The notes below the pieces were generated by a model. The model was not told the DNA's origin. It saw nothing but the letters and a program-made list of their open reading frames with translations, and ran no database searches. Below are positions 48,281 through 57,198 of a stretch of 64,000 bases of DNA, in pieces (position 1 is the first letter of the stretch; every line of letters begins with the position of its first letter). The stretch comes from Candidatus Micrarchaeota archaeon (GTDB lineage Archaea; Micrarchaeota; Micrarchaeia; Micrarchaeales; CABMGC01). The position numbers and the translations under genes are program-made. The stretch spans positions 51,052 to 115,051 of the forward strand of contig DAHXNY010000001.1 in the NCBI GenBank assembly GCA_027365175.1. The letters run 5' to 3'.

Positions 48281-49033
48281 CTATCTAATATAAGGCATTC
48301 CTTCTGAAGGTTTTGATGGATCGCGTGTATCTATAGACTGCTCTATCTCCTTTATCACGCGCTCGGTCTCCTTTTTGAGTTTGTCCAGATTTTCAAGCTC
48401 TATCTTCGTGCCTATTATATTCTCCATTACGCGCAGGACGGCTCTGGCTGCGCTTGCGTCTATCTCTAGGAAGCCTGTCTCACCCATAAGGCATGCTGAA
48501 GGTATGCCATACTTCTGTGCGAAGACAGGTATGAGCCCTGCTGATCCCCATATAGTGCCTGTTATCTTCCCGAATATTACGCCATTCTTTTCCAGCTCCT
48601 TCCTCATGGTCTTGTCATTCGAAACAGCAAAGACCCTTGGAGATTCCGTATATTTGTTTGACGCGTTGTATCCGCCTATTGTATAGATGCGCGTTCCACC
48701 GAGTTTCTTGAAAAACTTGACTATCAGCTCATTTATCTCATACTGACCTTCCGATGATGGAGACTGCGTATCTCCAAGAAGTACCAGTATATCTTTTCCT
48801 TTTATGTTTTTGTGATAGAATCTGTTGCTTACGGCTCTGAAGCCTCCGCTCTTGAGCATCAGGACCTGGTGCAAAAAGTATGGAGAATAGAGAGTTGCGA
48901 ATCTCTCGGCCTTTATCGATTTCCTTATATGCTCCGCAGCAAGATTGCCGACGTTTCCTATGCCTGGCAGCCCTACTATAAGTATTGGATCCTTTAGCTT
49001 CTTTTTCTTGTAGTATATCTTGGTTTTGTCCAG
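48281..49033 (-). CDS. Proteasome assembly chaperone (PAC2) family protein, 250 aa
   Basis: Conserved N-terminal PILIVGLPGIGNVG lies upstream of the track start; frame opens after TGA 49046-49048, with CTG 49033 behind GTGA; GD.Q, IGGY, I.G.AGL, CLMGET. Confidence 0.9.
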   Translation of the reverse strand: MDKTKIYYKKKKLKDPILIVGLPGIGNVGNLAAEHIRKSIKAERFATLYSPYFLHQVLMLKSGGFRAVSNRFYHKNIKGKDILVLLGDTQSPSSEGQYEINELIVKFFKKLGGTRIYTIGGYNASNKYTESPRVFAVSNDKTMRKELEKNGVIFGKITGTIWGSAGLIPVFAQKYGIPSACLMGETGFLEIDASAARAVLRVMENIIGTKIELENLDKLKKETERVIKEIEQSIDTRDPSKPSEGMPYIR

Positions 49034-49037
49034 GCAA

Positions 49038-49796
49038 TCACTTGTTCACTTTCTTAAACGCGTACTGTATCTCCGATGAATGCTTTTCCAATACCGCTTC
49101 GGCACTCTTTATCCTCGCTTCTGCCTTTGTGTAATCGGAATCTGTTGATGTCAGGGAGTAGTGCGGCGCTCCCAGGTATCTGGTTTCGTTGCCCATTGCA
49201 GCTATCTCCTTCAGGAGCGTCTTTATCAGCGCTATGCCTTTCTGGGGGTTTGTAACGTTCATCTCCAGATTGTATGAAACAGTATATGTTTTGGGTTTTA
49301 TGTTTTTCTTTGCTGCTTCATAGAATGCTTCCTTGAAGGTATTGTCGCCGCAAGCTGCAAGTGGATCCTTGTCTTCGTAAGCAAGAGTGAGCAATTCGTG
49401 GTAGGTTAGTATGTTCAGGGGTATCTTGCTTATTATCTCCTCTTTAGCATTCTCTTTCTTTGCGAGCTTTGCCGTGCTGTCGAATATCGCCTTTGCCCTT
49501 TTCTCGGCGCTGTAATCGTTTATCTTATCCTTCTTCTCCTTCTGGGTTACCTTTTTCAGTGAAATATCTACTGCATTCTTCGTCGGATCGATGAAGATTA
49601 CCTTTGCTACATCCTGCTGGCCTTCCCTTATGAATTCGTGTATGTTCTTTATCCATCCTGAAGATACTTCAGAGATGGGAAGATATGCATCAACACCATA
49701 CTCTTCGAGCTTGCAGTACGCACCGTGGGGGGTAACCTTTGTTATCTTTATTATTACGAACTCTCCCTGCACGGGAAGCTCTTTTTTTCTCAACAT
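49038..49796 (-). CDS. eif2a: Translation initiation factor 2 alpha subunit
   Basis: LP..GE.V, GAY..L.EY, ISEVS.GWIKNI S1 domain, D.SLK.V, YLGAP.Y. Confidence 0.95.
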   Translation of the reverse strand: MLRKKELPVQGEFVIIKITKVTPHGAYCKLEEYGVDAYLPISEVSSGWIKNIHEFIREGQQDVAKVIFIDPTKNAVDISLKKVTQKEKKDKINDYSAEKRAKAIFDSTAKLAKKENAKEEIISKIPLNILTYHELLTLAYEDKDPLAACGDNTFKEAFYEAAKKNIKPKTYTVSYNLEMNVTNPQKGIALIKTLLKEIAAMGNETRYLGAPHYSLTSTDSDYTKAEARIKSAEAVLEKHSSEIQYAFKKVNK

Positions 49797-49800
49797 TTTA

Positions 49801-50082
49801 TCAGTGCTTTATCTCGATCTTCTTCTTCGTCCTCCTGCCGAACACCCTCTCTGTAGTTTTCTTGCATACAGTGCACTGCACCATTACCTTTTGCCTCTTC
49901 CCTAGTTTCTTAGGGTGTATTTTTGGCTCTACGCTGCCCACATAACCTTTAATTGCCCTATTGTGCCTCCTTGTACCAAGACTTAACCCGGACTGCGGCT
50001 TTTTGTTATATGGCTTCACAAGCTGTTTTGTATGCTTGCCGCAGAATTTGCAATACATATTCAATTCCTTGTCTATTTTCAT
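49801..50082 (-). CDS. rpl44e: Ribosomal protein eL42 (L44e)
   Basis: YCKFC.KHT, GY.G...P, K..K, C..C.K; conserved gins-L44e-aIF2a context. Confidence 0.93.
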   Translation of the reverse strand: MKIDKELNMYCKFCGKHTKQLVKPYNKKPQSGLSLGTRRHNRAIKGYVGSVEPKIHPKKLGKRQKVMVQCTVCKKTTERVFGRRTKKKIEIKH

Positions 50083-50090
50083 AAAATCAC

Positions 50091-50537
50091 TTAGCCTATT
50101 TTCTCTCCTATATTGTTTTCTATTATAAACATAACATCGTCATTGCTGTTTATATCTATTATCTCGTTTTTGTTGTATGGCCCTAGTTTTGTGCCAGTGT
50201 TTGTTATTATTTCTGGTACGTCCATATTTATCTTGATTTTGGTAGAATTTTGTATTTTACCTTTCTTCAAAACCGCTCTTATTTTAGAATATATCTCGTT
50301 TTCCTCATCAGCGACTTCGTTGCCTATCTGCTTGTCATATGCAATGTACATTAGTATTTTCTGGGTCCTTTTTTCTTTTAGAAAGCCTAGTGTGTTGGTG
50401 ATGTTTGTCTTTTCAACCTCATTTTTGGAGTTTCTGACCAGCTCTTCAGCTTCCTTATAAAAATCTTTTTTCATAGGGAGGAGTTTGCTTGTGTTCTTCT
50501 CTTTTTTATAAAAATCTATAAGATCTAAGTAATCCAT
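50091..50537 (-). CDS. gins: GINS subunit (Gins15/51-like)
   Basis: EK....L.....FY, R..KI, EE..Y, B domain DVPEI....G..LGPY...EII; conserved gene context. Confidence 0.82.
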   Translation of the reverse strand: MDYLDLIDFYKKEKNTSKLLPMKKDFYKEAEELVRNSKNEVEKTNITNTLGFLKEKRTQKILMYIAYDKQIGNEVADEENEIYSKIRAVLKKGKIQNSTKIKINMDVPEIITNTGTKLGPYNKNEIIDINSNDDVMFIIENNIGEKIG

Positions 50538-50548
50538 TTTTACACAAC

Positions 50549-50660
50549 AGGGTTGAGTTCCACTAATATTTTATTTTTCTTTGCAAAATAAAAATAAATA
50601 CTAAAGCGTAATTTACTACTATATATTATATAAGTAACCTGAATAGTGGAACTGCACCCT
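50549..50660. other. Candidate replication origin: inverted 19-bp repeats flanking a 74-bp AT-rich spacer
   Basis: AGGGTTGAGTTCCACTAAT (50549-50567) vs reverse complement of 50642-50660 AGGGTGCAGTTCCACTATT (16/19); spacer has 13 G+C in 74 nt; apparent skew switch. Confidence 0.6.
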
Positions 50661-50668
50661 CTACTGTA

Positions 50669-50743
50669 TAGCGAGAGGTGGATTTGAACCACCGATCTCC
50701 GGGTTATGAGCCCGGCGGGCACTCCAGTCTACCCTACCTCGCT
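50669..50743 (-). tRNA. Initiator tRNA-Met(CAU)
   Basis: A1:U72, AGCG start, CCGGG-CUCAUAA-CCCGG with three G:C pairs. Confidence 0.95.
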
Positions 50744-50776
50744 ACTGTAATATCAGAAGGACAAGATTACTTTACC

Positions 50777-51556
50777 TTACTTACTTTTTAAACCTTTTAT
50801 AAAAAGCTTGGCATTCTCCCTATCTACCATATCAAGCTTGCTTCCACAGTCTGAGCATTTAAAGCTATATTCCAGAGCAGAATCGAAAGGAAGCACTATC
50901 ATGTTGTTTTCATAGCATTTCTTGCACAAGAAGAAGTCATTGCAGTTCTCAGGGAGAACCGCCTCAGCAGCAACAGGTGCGTTCTTATGCATATTTGCAT
51001 ACTCGGAAAGCTTTTCAGCATCTATCCTCCATGTAAAAATGAGCCAGCCGCTATTGTCCTTAGTCACATCGTACTTGGTTATTCCATGGCCATTCATCAT
51101 GTTAAGCGCCCTCCTTACCTCATTTATCTTCATCTCAAGCTTCTCCGCAAGCTTCTCATCTGTCTGGGGCTTCTTATAAAGGATCTTAACTATATCCACA
51201 GACCTATCCCCTACTGTGGTGGTCAGATGCTCAGTGAAATAAGGATCAGTAAAAACCTCCTCAACAACCTTCATATCATGCTTTCTCTGCTCATGCTCCA
51301 AAACCTCAGCTTCCTTCTCCCTGCGCTCCTTCAGGCTCTCCTTAACAACAGCCTTGGGCATTATTTTGGCATTCTTGTGAACGTCCTTAACATTAACTAC
51401 TGCCTTCTTTACAGCGTGCTGCCCCTGTTGCGTTGAATGCACTACTGCCTTGTGCGGCTTTATGCGCAGATGCGCCTTATTTGCCTTCTTTGCAGTAGGC
51501 TTTGGATGAACCTTATTCTTAGAACTACTTCCTCTGTTTTTGTTTGGTTTTGGCAT
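50777..51556 (-). CDS. tfe: Transcription factor E (TFE alpha) with long basic N-terminal extension
   Basis: TDEKLA..L.MK.NEVRR.L..M...G...Y...KD..GW..FTW; C..C...FD.ALEY.FKC..CG..L. Confidence 0.88.
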   Translation of the reverse strand: MPKPNKNRGSSSKNKVHPKPTAKKANKAHLRIKPHKAVVHSTQQGQHAVKKAVVNVKDVHKNAKIMPKAVVKESLKERREKEAEVLEHEQRKHDMKVVEEVFTDPYFTEHLTTTVGDRSVDIVKILYKKPQTDEKLAEKLEMKINEVRRALNMMNGHGITKYDVTKDNSGWLIFTWRIDAEKLSEYANMHKNAPVAAEAVLPENCNDFFLCKKCYENNMIVLPFDSALEYSFKCSDCGSKLDMVDRENAKLFIKGLKSK

Positions 51557-51731
51557 GAGGATCACTTTTGAGGGACAGGATAGTATTATACATGTCCTTC
51601 TATTTAAACATATTGCTTCAATCAGACCTAGAGCAGATCGCCTACACTAAAATATGCCTTTCCTGATATTTAAATACGATGGTCTTGCCTCTGGAGTCTA
51701 TAAGGCTCCGGCTAAGGAATACGCCATAATA

Positions 51732-51806
51732 TGGGCCCGGAGGGATTTGAACCCTCGACTTGCTGGTTAAGAGCCAGCCACTCTGACCAAACTGAGTTAC
51801 GGACCC
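51732..51806 (-). tRNA. tRNA-Lys(CUU)
   Basis: GGGUCCG/CGGGCCC, GCUGG-CUCUUAA-CCAGC, GAGGG-UUCAAAU-CCCUC. Confidence 0.95.
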
Positions 51807-52693
51807 GGTTGTCTTCTCTTCCTGGCTGCGCCAGCCATATTCATCATGATAAGGCTTGCAAGATGTGCGGTTATCCCCCCGGAATCATACCTGGGGTTCA
51901 GCTCCATCACATCAAAACCAAGATTTACGCTCTTTCCTATAGTAGAAGCAATATATAATATTTCCCTTGCTGCAAGACCGCCAGGCACCGGGGTGCCGAC
52001 TCCAGGAGCGAATGCAGGATCAACAGAGTCAAGGTCTATAGAGACATACACATTGTCTGTTATTATGCTTCTTGCATACTTCGAAACAGCAACTATCCCC
52101 TCCTCTATTATCCTGTCCATTCCAACAAACTTGATCCCTGCTTCTTCAACTACGGCCTTCTCCTCCCTCTCTATAGCACGAGCTCCTATTATCAGGCTCG
52201 AGCTAGGCTCAACATTCTCCAAAGCAAGAACATCATGCACCACCGAACCGTAATATCTTCCGGCAGAGCCTATGCTGTCAGGGTGCGCATCTATATATAC
52301 AAAACTCCACGAATCAACGCAAGAATCTATGCCCTTAAGTATGTCATAGGTTATCGAATGGTCTCCCCCTATGCAACCCACCACTCTCTTATCTAAAACC
52401 TGCCTCCTTGCAAAACCCGCCGTCCTTGCCTTCGAGATGTTCCCGGCATCATAACAATTAAGCGCACCCAAACCTAACCTGCTATACATGACAGATAAAC
52501 CATTTCCCCTCTTTACAGCATCGAATTTCACAGACGCTGCCCTTGCAGCAGCCGGGCCACCTGAACTTCCCCTCCTAGGCGCCCTTGAGCCTCTCTCACT
52601 CGCAACTCCAAATACGACAGTATCTGCATCTTTTTCACCAGGAGAGGTGCACCACGGGAAAACAAGTTTTCTGCCTTTTGCCAAAAATAACAC
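51797..52693 (-). CDS. Arginase/agmatinase family ureohydrolase
   Basis: GGDHSIT, DAHPD, SIDLDSVDP..APGVGTP.PGG, D.MELNP..D. Confidence 0.92.
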   Translation of the reverse strand: MLFLAKGRKLVFPWCTSPGEKDADTVVFGVASERGSRAPRRGSSGGPAAARAASVKFDAVKRGNGLSVMYSRLGLGALNCYDAGNISKARTAGFARRQVLDKRVVGCIGGDHSITYDILKGIDSCVDSWSFVYIDAHPDSIGSAGRYYGSVVHDVLALENVEPSSSLIIGARAIEREEKAVVEEAGIKFVGMDRIIEEGIVAVSKYARSIITDNVYVSIDLDSVDPAFAPGVGTPVPGGLAAREILYIASTIGKSVNLGFDVMELNPRYDSGGITAHLASLIMMNMAGAARKRRQPGP

Positions 52694-52862
52694 CTGTTAC
52701 AAAGTATGTACATAAAAGCATTATAAACACGCTATTTCTGCTCCAAAAACCGTTCCCAGAGAACGCTTTTAATAGTTAATGTGCAATAGTTATATGGATA
52801 AAAACAATTCTTAGTTACTACAATTTTAACCTCGGGAAAACAACTCTATAAACGCTGATAAA

Positions 52863-54767
52863 ATGGCTGACGAAACTTACGATGCTTCAAAGATAATTGT
52901 GCTTGAAGGAGCGCAGGGCATACGTAAGAGACCGTCGATGTATATAGGCTCAACAGGACCTTCCGGGATAATACACCTGCTGTACGAAGTTATGGATAAC
53001 GCGGTAGACGAATCCTCTGCAGGATACTGCAAAGACATAAAGATAAAACTGTACAAGCAGGACGGAGCAGACATAGCCGAGATATCTGACGACGGAAGGG
53101 GGATACCTGTAGGGATAATGGAAAAGTACGGAAAGAGCGCTCTCGAGGTCATAATGACAACACTGCACAAAGGGGCTAAATTCGAAAATGATGTTTACAA
53201 GGTATCTGGAGGACTCCATGGGGTGGGGCTTACCGTTGTAAACGCGTTGTCAGAATTCACAGAAGTCACGGTAAAAAGAAACGGTAACATATACAGGCAG
53301 ACCTTCAGCAGGGGGCTGCCAACATCAAAGCTCGAAGTTATAGGGGAGACCAAAGAGACAGGAACAACAGTAAAATTCAAGCCGGACCCGGAGATATTCA
53401 GCGTGAATACATTTGACATAGCGATGCTGAACGAAAGGTCCAGATACATCAGCTACACCAACGTCGGACTGCGTATCATAATAACGGATGAGCGCTTTGG
53501 GGACAAAGTGGAGGAGACCTATTATTCTGAAAACGGAATAATAGATTTTGTAGAGTATATAAACAGGGAAAGGTCTCCTATAACTTCTATAATATACGGC
53601 AAAACCACAGCAGATTCTACTACTGTAGAGTATGCGATGCAGTACACAGAATCATACGATGAAAAGATAGAATCCTTCGTAAACAGCATAAAAATGAATG
53701 AAGGAGGGACGCACCTTTCAGGCTTCCATGCAGCGTTGACAAGGGCAATAACGAATTATATAGACAAGAACAAGTCTCTCAACGCAAAGGCGAAGGTAAC
53801 CGGAGACGATGCAAAGGAAGGCCTTACTGCCATAGTCAGCATAAAGATGCAGAATCCGGAATTCGAGGGCCAGACCAAGGAAAAATTGGGAAACGTGAAG
53901 ATGAAGACCCTCGTAGAGACCTTTGCATACCAGAGCATTTCAAGGTATCTGGAGGAGCACCCTTCCGATGCCAAGTCAATAATAAGGAAGATAACTGAGG
54001 CAGCAAATGCGCGCGACGCTGCAAGGCGCGCACGCGAACTTGAGAGGAAGAAGAGCATATTCTCAAGCGCGGTTCTCCCTGGCAAGCTATCTGACTGCAT
54101 ACTCAGCGACCCTGAAAAGACCGAGCTCTTCATAGTAGAGGGAGAGAGCGCAGGAGGGTCGAGCAAGCAGGGAAGGGACAAGAACATACAGGCAATACTC
54201 CCATTAAGGGGAAAGATACTCAATGTAGAGAAGGCAAGCTACGAAAAGATATTCGATAACAAGGAGATAAAAACCATGATTACTGCCTTTGGCACAGGCA
54301 TAAACGAGACCTTCAATGCCGCAAACATACGCTACAAGAAGATAATAATAATGACCGATGCCGACGTTGACGGAAGCCACATAAGGACACTGCTGCTTAC
54401 GTTCTTTTACAGGTACATGCGCAAGATAATAGAACTCGGATACGTGTATGCTGCACAGCCCCCGCTCTATAGGATCGGGAAGGGCAAGGACGAATACTAC
54501 TGTTATAGCGATGAAGAGCTCAATGAGAAGCGCAAGGAGTACGGGGAGAACGTAGAGATACAGAGATACAAAGGACTCGGAGAGATGAACTACGAGCAGC
54601 TATGGGAAACAACCATGAACCCGAAGAACAGGAAGCTCAAGAAAATATCTATAGAAGACGGCCTTCATGCTGACGAACTCTTCACCATACTCATGGGCGC
54701 TGACGTAGCCAAGAGGAGGAGATATCTGCAGGAGCATGCAAAGGAGGTAAAAACACTTGACATATAG
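52863..54767 (+). CDS. gyrB: DNA gyrase subunit B
   Basis: RKRP.MYIG, EV.DN.VDE, DDGRGIP, SGGLHGVG, VEGESAGG, PLRGKILN, MTDADVDG, RYKGLGEM. Confidence 0.97.
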   Translation: MADETYDASKIIVLEGAQGIRKRPSMYIGSTGPSGIIHLLYEVMDNAVDESSAGYCKDIKIKLYKQDGADIAEISDDGRGIPVGIMEKYGKSALEVIMTTLHKGAKFENDVYKVSGGLHGVGLTVVNALSEFTEVTVKRNGNIYRQTFSRGLPTSKLEVIGETKETGTTVKFKPDPEIFSVNTFDIAMLNERSRYISYTNVGLRIIITDERFGDKVEETYYSENGIIDFVEYINRERSPITSIIYGKTTADSTTVEYAMQYTESYDEKIESFVNSIKMNEGGTHLSGFHAALTRAITNYIDKNKSLNAKAKVTGDDAKEGLTAIVSIKMQNPEFEGQTKEKLGNVKMKTLVETFAYQSISRYLEEHPSDAKSIIRKITEAANARDAARRARELERKKSIFSSAVLPGKLSDCILSDPEKTELFIVEGESAGGSSKQGRDKNIQAILPLRGKILNVEKASYEKIFDNKEIKTMITAFGTGINETFNAANIRYKKIIIMTDADVDGSHIRTLLLTFFYRYMRKIIELGYVYAAQPPLYRIGKGKDEYYCYSDEELNEKRKEYGENVEIQRYKGLGEMNYEQLWETTMNPKNRKLKKISIEDGLHADELFTILMGADVAKRRRYLQEHAKEVKTLDI

Positions 54768-57198
54768 TGGGAGTATGACCGAAGTACAAAACGTATTTTT
54801 AGAGGATGAGCTGCAAAGGAGCTACATAGACTACGCGATGAGCGTAATCATAGGCAGAGCCATCCCTGACGCCAGAGACGGACTCAAACCGGTGCAAAGA
54901 AGAATACTATACACAATGTACGGCCAGAAGAACTTCCACAACCTGCCTACAAAGAAGAGTGCCAGGATAACAGGAGACTGCATGGGTAGATATCACCCTC
55001 ACGGAGACATGGCGATATACGATGCTCTTGCAAGGATGACGCAGGACTTCTCCATGAGGTACATGCTAGCGGAAGGGCAGGGAAACTTCGGTTCTATAGA
55101 CGGGGATCCTCCGGCAGCAATGAGGTATACGGAGGTAAAGCTTACCAAGATCTCTGAGGATATGCTCGAGGACCTAGACAAAGAGACTGTGAACCTTGTC
55201 CCCAATTTCGACAACACTGAAAAGGAGCCTACAATACTGCCTTCAAAGATACCGAACCTGCTTGTCAACGGCGCAACCGGCATAGCAGTAGGCGTGGCAA
55301 CAAGCATTCCCCCTCACAACCTTGGGGAGGTATGCGAAGCTGTAATTTACCGCATAAAGAATAAGGAAAGCACACCGGAAGACATACTGAAGATAATAAA
55401 AGGCCCTGACTTCCCTACAGGTGGCATAGCTGTAATGTCAGCAAACGCGCTAAACGGATATAAGTACGGCAGAGGCCAGGTATCTGTAAAGGCAAAGGCG
55501 GAAATAGATGACGAACTCCACAAAATAATAATCACCGAAATACCTTACAACCTCAACAAATCCTCCTTGATAGAGGGAATAGTAAACATAGTGAAGGACA
55601 AAAAAACCGAAGACATAAAGGACATAAGGGACGAGACCGACAAGAGCGGCATACGTATTGTCATAGACCTGAAAAACGGTGCGTCAGGGGAATCGGTACT
55701 CAACACCCTCTACAGGCACACCCAGCTGCAGACAACAATGCCGATAATAAATCTTGCAGTGATAGATACTGCCCTCAAGAACCTGAACATAGTCGACATG
55801 CTCGACGCGTTCATCAACCACCGCAGGGAAGTAATACTTAGAAGATCAAAGTACGAGCGCGAAGTCGCTGCAAACAGGCTGCACATAGTGGAGGGCCTGC
55901 TAATAGCAATAACCAACATAGACGACGTAATTAAGCTGATAAAAAGCAGCGACGAAGTCTCCGGAGCAAGGAAGAAGCTCGTAAAGGATTACGCCCTGTC
56001 AGAGAAGCAGGCAACTGCGATACTTGACATGAAACTCAGCAGGCTTACCCATCTTGAAAACAACTCGCTGGACAGGGAGAAGACCGAACTGCAGGGCAAG
56101 GTCAAATACTACAACGAAGTAATAGATAGCAGCGAAAAAATAGACGGGATAATAATACAAGAAACCGAGAAGGCGATAAAGGACTATGCAGACAAAAGAA
56201 GGACTGAGATAGTATACTCGGACGAGTCCGCGGACATAACTGAGGAAGACATGATCACAGACGAAGAGATAACGGTGATAAGGACAAAGACAGGATATGT
56301 CAAGAGGCTGAACAAGGAGAACTACAGGGAGCAGGCGAGGGGAGGAAAGGGGATCATATCGATAAACCTGAAAGAGGGAGACTATGTCAACCAGATACTC
56401 CGCTGCAATAATAAGGACTTCATACTCTGCATAACAAGCACCGGAAGGGCATACTGGCTAAAAGCATACAAAATACCCGAAACAGGAAGATATTCAGAAG
56501 GCAAATCGATAGTAAATCTGATACACGCAGAAGAAGAGAAGATAGTCTCAATGATACCTATACGCAATTTCGAAGCATCGACAATGGCGTTCATAACTGC
56601 AAGAGGCACTGCGAAGAGGATGAGCGCAAGGCTGTTTGCACGGCCAAGATCCAACGGAGTGCGTGCTATAAAACTGGCAGCGGGAGACGAGATTGTAGAC
56701 GCGATATGCTACTCTGCCAAGAAATACCTGTTAATCTCCACAAAGAAAGGCAAAATAATCAAGTTCGAAGAGCAGAGCATGAGGACAATAGGAAGGACAG
56801 GTATGGGGGTCAGAGGAATAAAGCTCAGGCAGGACGACAGAGTAACGAATATAATAGCCGCAAGTGAGTTCGGAAGCGTCTTCACAGTCACTGAGAAGGG
56901 ATACGGCAAGATCACCGAGATAACCAGGTACAGGACGCAGAACAGGGGAGGAAAGGGGATCATAAACCTGAAGGTTTCAGAAAAGACCGGGGATGTATCA
57001 AAGACACTATACATGTCACACGAGCAGCAGGCGATACTGATAAATTCAAAGGGAGTGAGCATAACGATACCCACTTCATCTATCAGGGTAACCGGAAGGG
57101 CAGCGTCAGGGGTCAGGCTGATGAAGGTTGAACAAGGGACAAAGATAATAGACTGCATCATACTTAACGAGGAGCAGCAAAAACCCGCAGAGGTTTAA
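54757..57198 (+). CDS. gyrA: DNA gyrase subunit A
   Basis: [22 protein letters not shown] catalytic Tyr, GyrA box QARGGKG, pinwheel repeats; start TTG 54757 or ATG 54775. Confidence 0.97.
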   Translation: MTYSGSMTEVQNVFLEDELQRSYIDYAMSVIIGRAIPDARDGLKPVQRRILYTMYGQKNFHNLPTKKSARITGDCMGRYHPHGDMAIYDALARMTQDFSMRYMLAEGQGNFGSIDGDPPAAMRYTEVKLTKISEDMLEDLDKETVNLVPNFDNTEKEPTILPSKIPNLLVNGATGIAVGVATSIPPHNLGEVCEAVIYRIKNKESTPEDILKIIKGPDFPTGGIAVMSANALNGYKYGRGQVSVKAKAEIDDELHKIIITEIPYNLNKSSLIEGIVNIVKDKKTEDIKDIRDETDKSGIRIVIDLKNGASGESVLNTLYRHTQLQTTMPIINLAVIDTALKNLNIVDMLDAFINHRREVILRRSKYEREVAANRLHIVEGLLIAITNIDDVIKLIKSSDEVSGARKKLVKDYALSEKQATAILDMKLSRLTHLENNSLDREKTELQGKVKYYNEVIDSSEKIDGIIIQETEKAIKDYADKRRTEIVYSDESADITEEDMITDEEITVIRTKTGYVKRLNKENYREQARGGKGIISINLKEGDYVNQILRCNNKDFILCITSTGRAYWLKAYKIPETGRYSEGKSIVNLIHAEEEKIVSMIPIRNFEASTMAFITARGTAKRMSARLFARPRSNGVRAIKLAAGDEIVDAICYSAKKYLLISTKKGKIIKFEEQSMRTIGRTGMGVRGIKLRQDDRVTNIIAASEFGSVFTVTEKGYGKITEITRYRTQNRGGKGIINLKVSEKTGDVSKTLYMSHEQQAILINSKGVSITIPTSSIRVTGRAASGVRLMKVEQGTKIIDCIILNEEQQKPAEV

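Noticed and set aside
48738..49037. 99-aa TTG ORF upstream of PAC2 suggesting a programmed frameshift
   Set aside because: The PAC2 frame is continuous from CTG 49033; this ORF is a shadow frame
50609..50636. TTACT...TATATA...AGTAA palindrome as a Xer dif site
   Set aside because: Does not fit 11-6-11 geometry with a left arm ending ATAA; better explained as the gins TATA box within the AT-rich spacer
51797..52693. Functional link between the agmatinase-like gene and loss of agmatidine (tRNA-Ile UAU)
   Set aside because: Substrate is unknown and agmatinases coexist with TiaS in many archaea; nothing in the sequence supports the link
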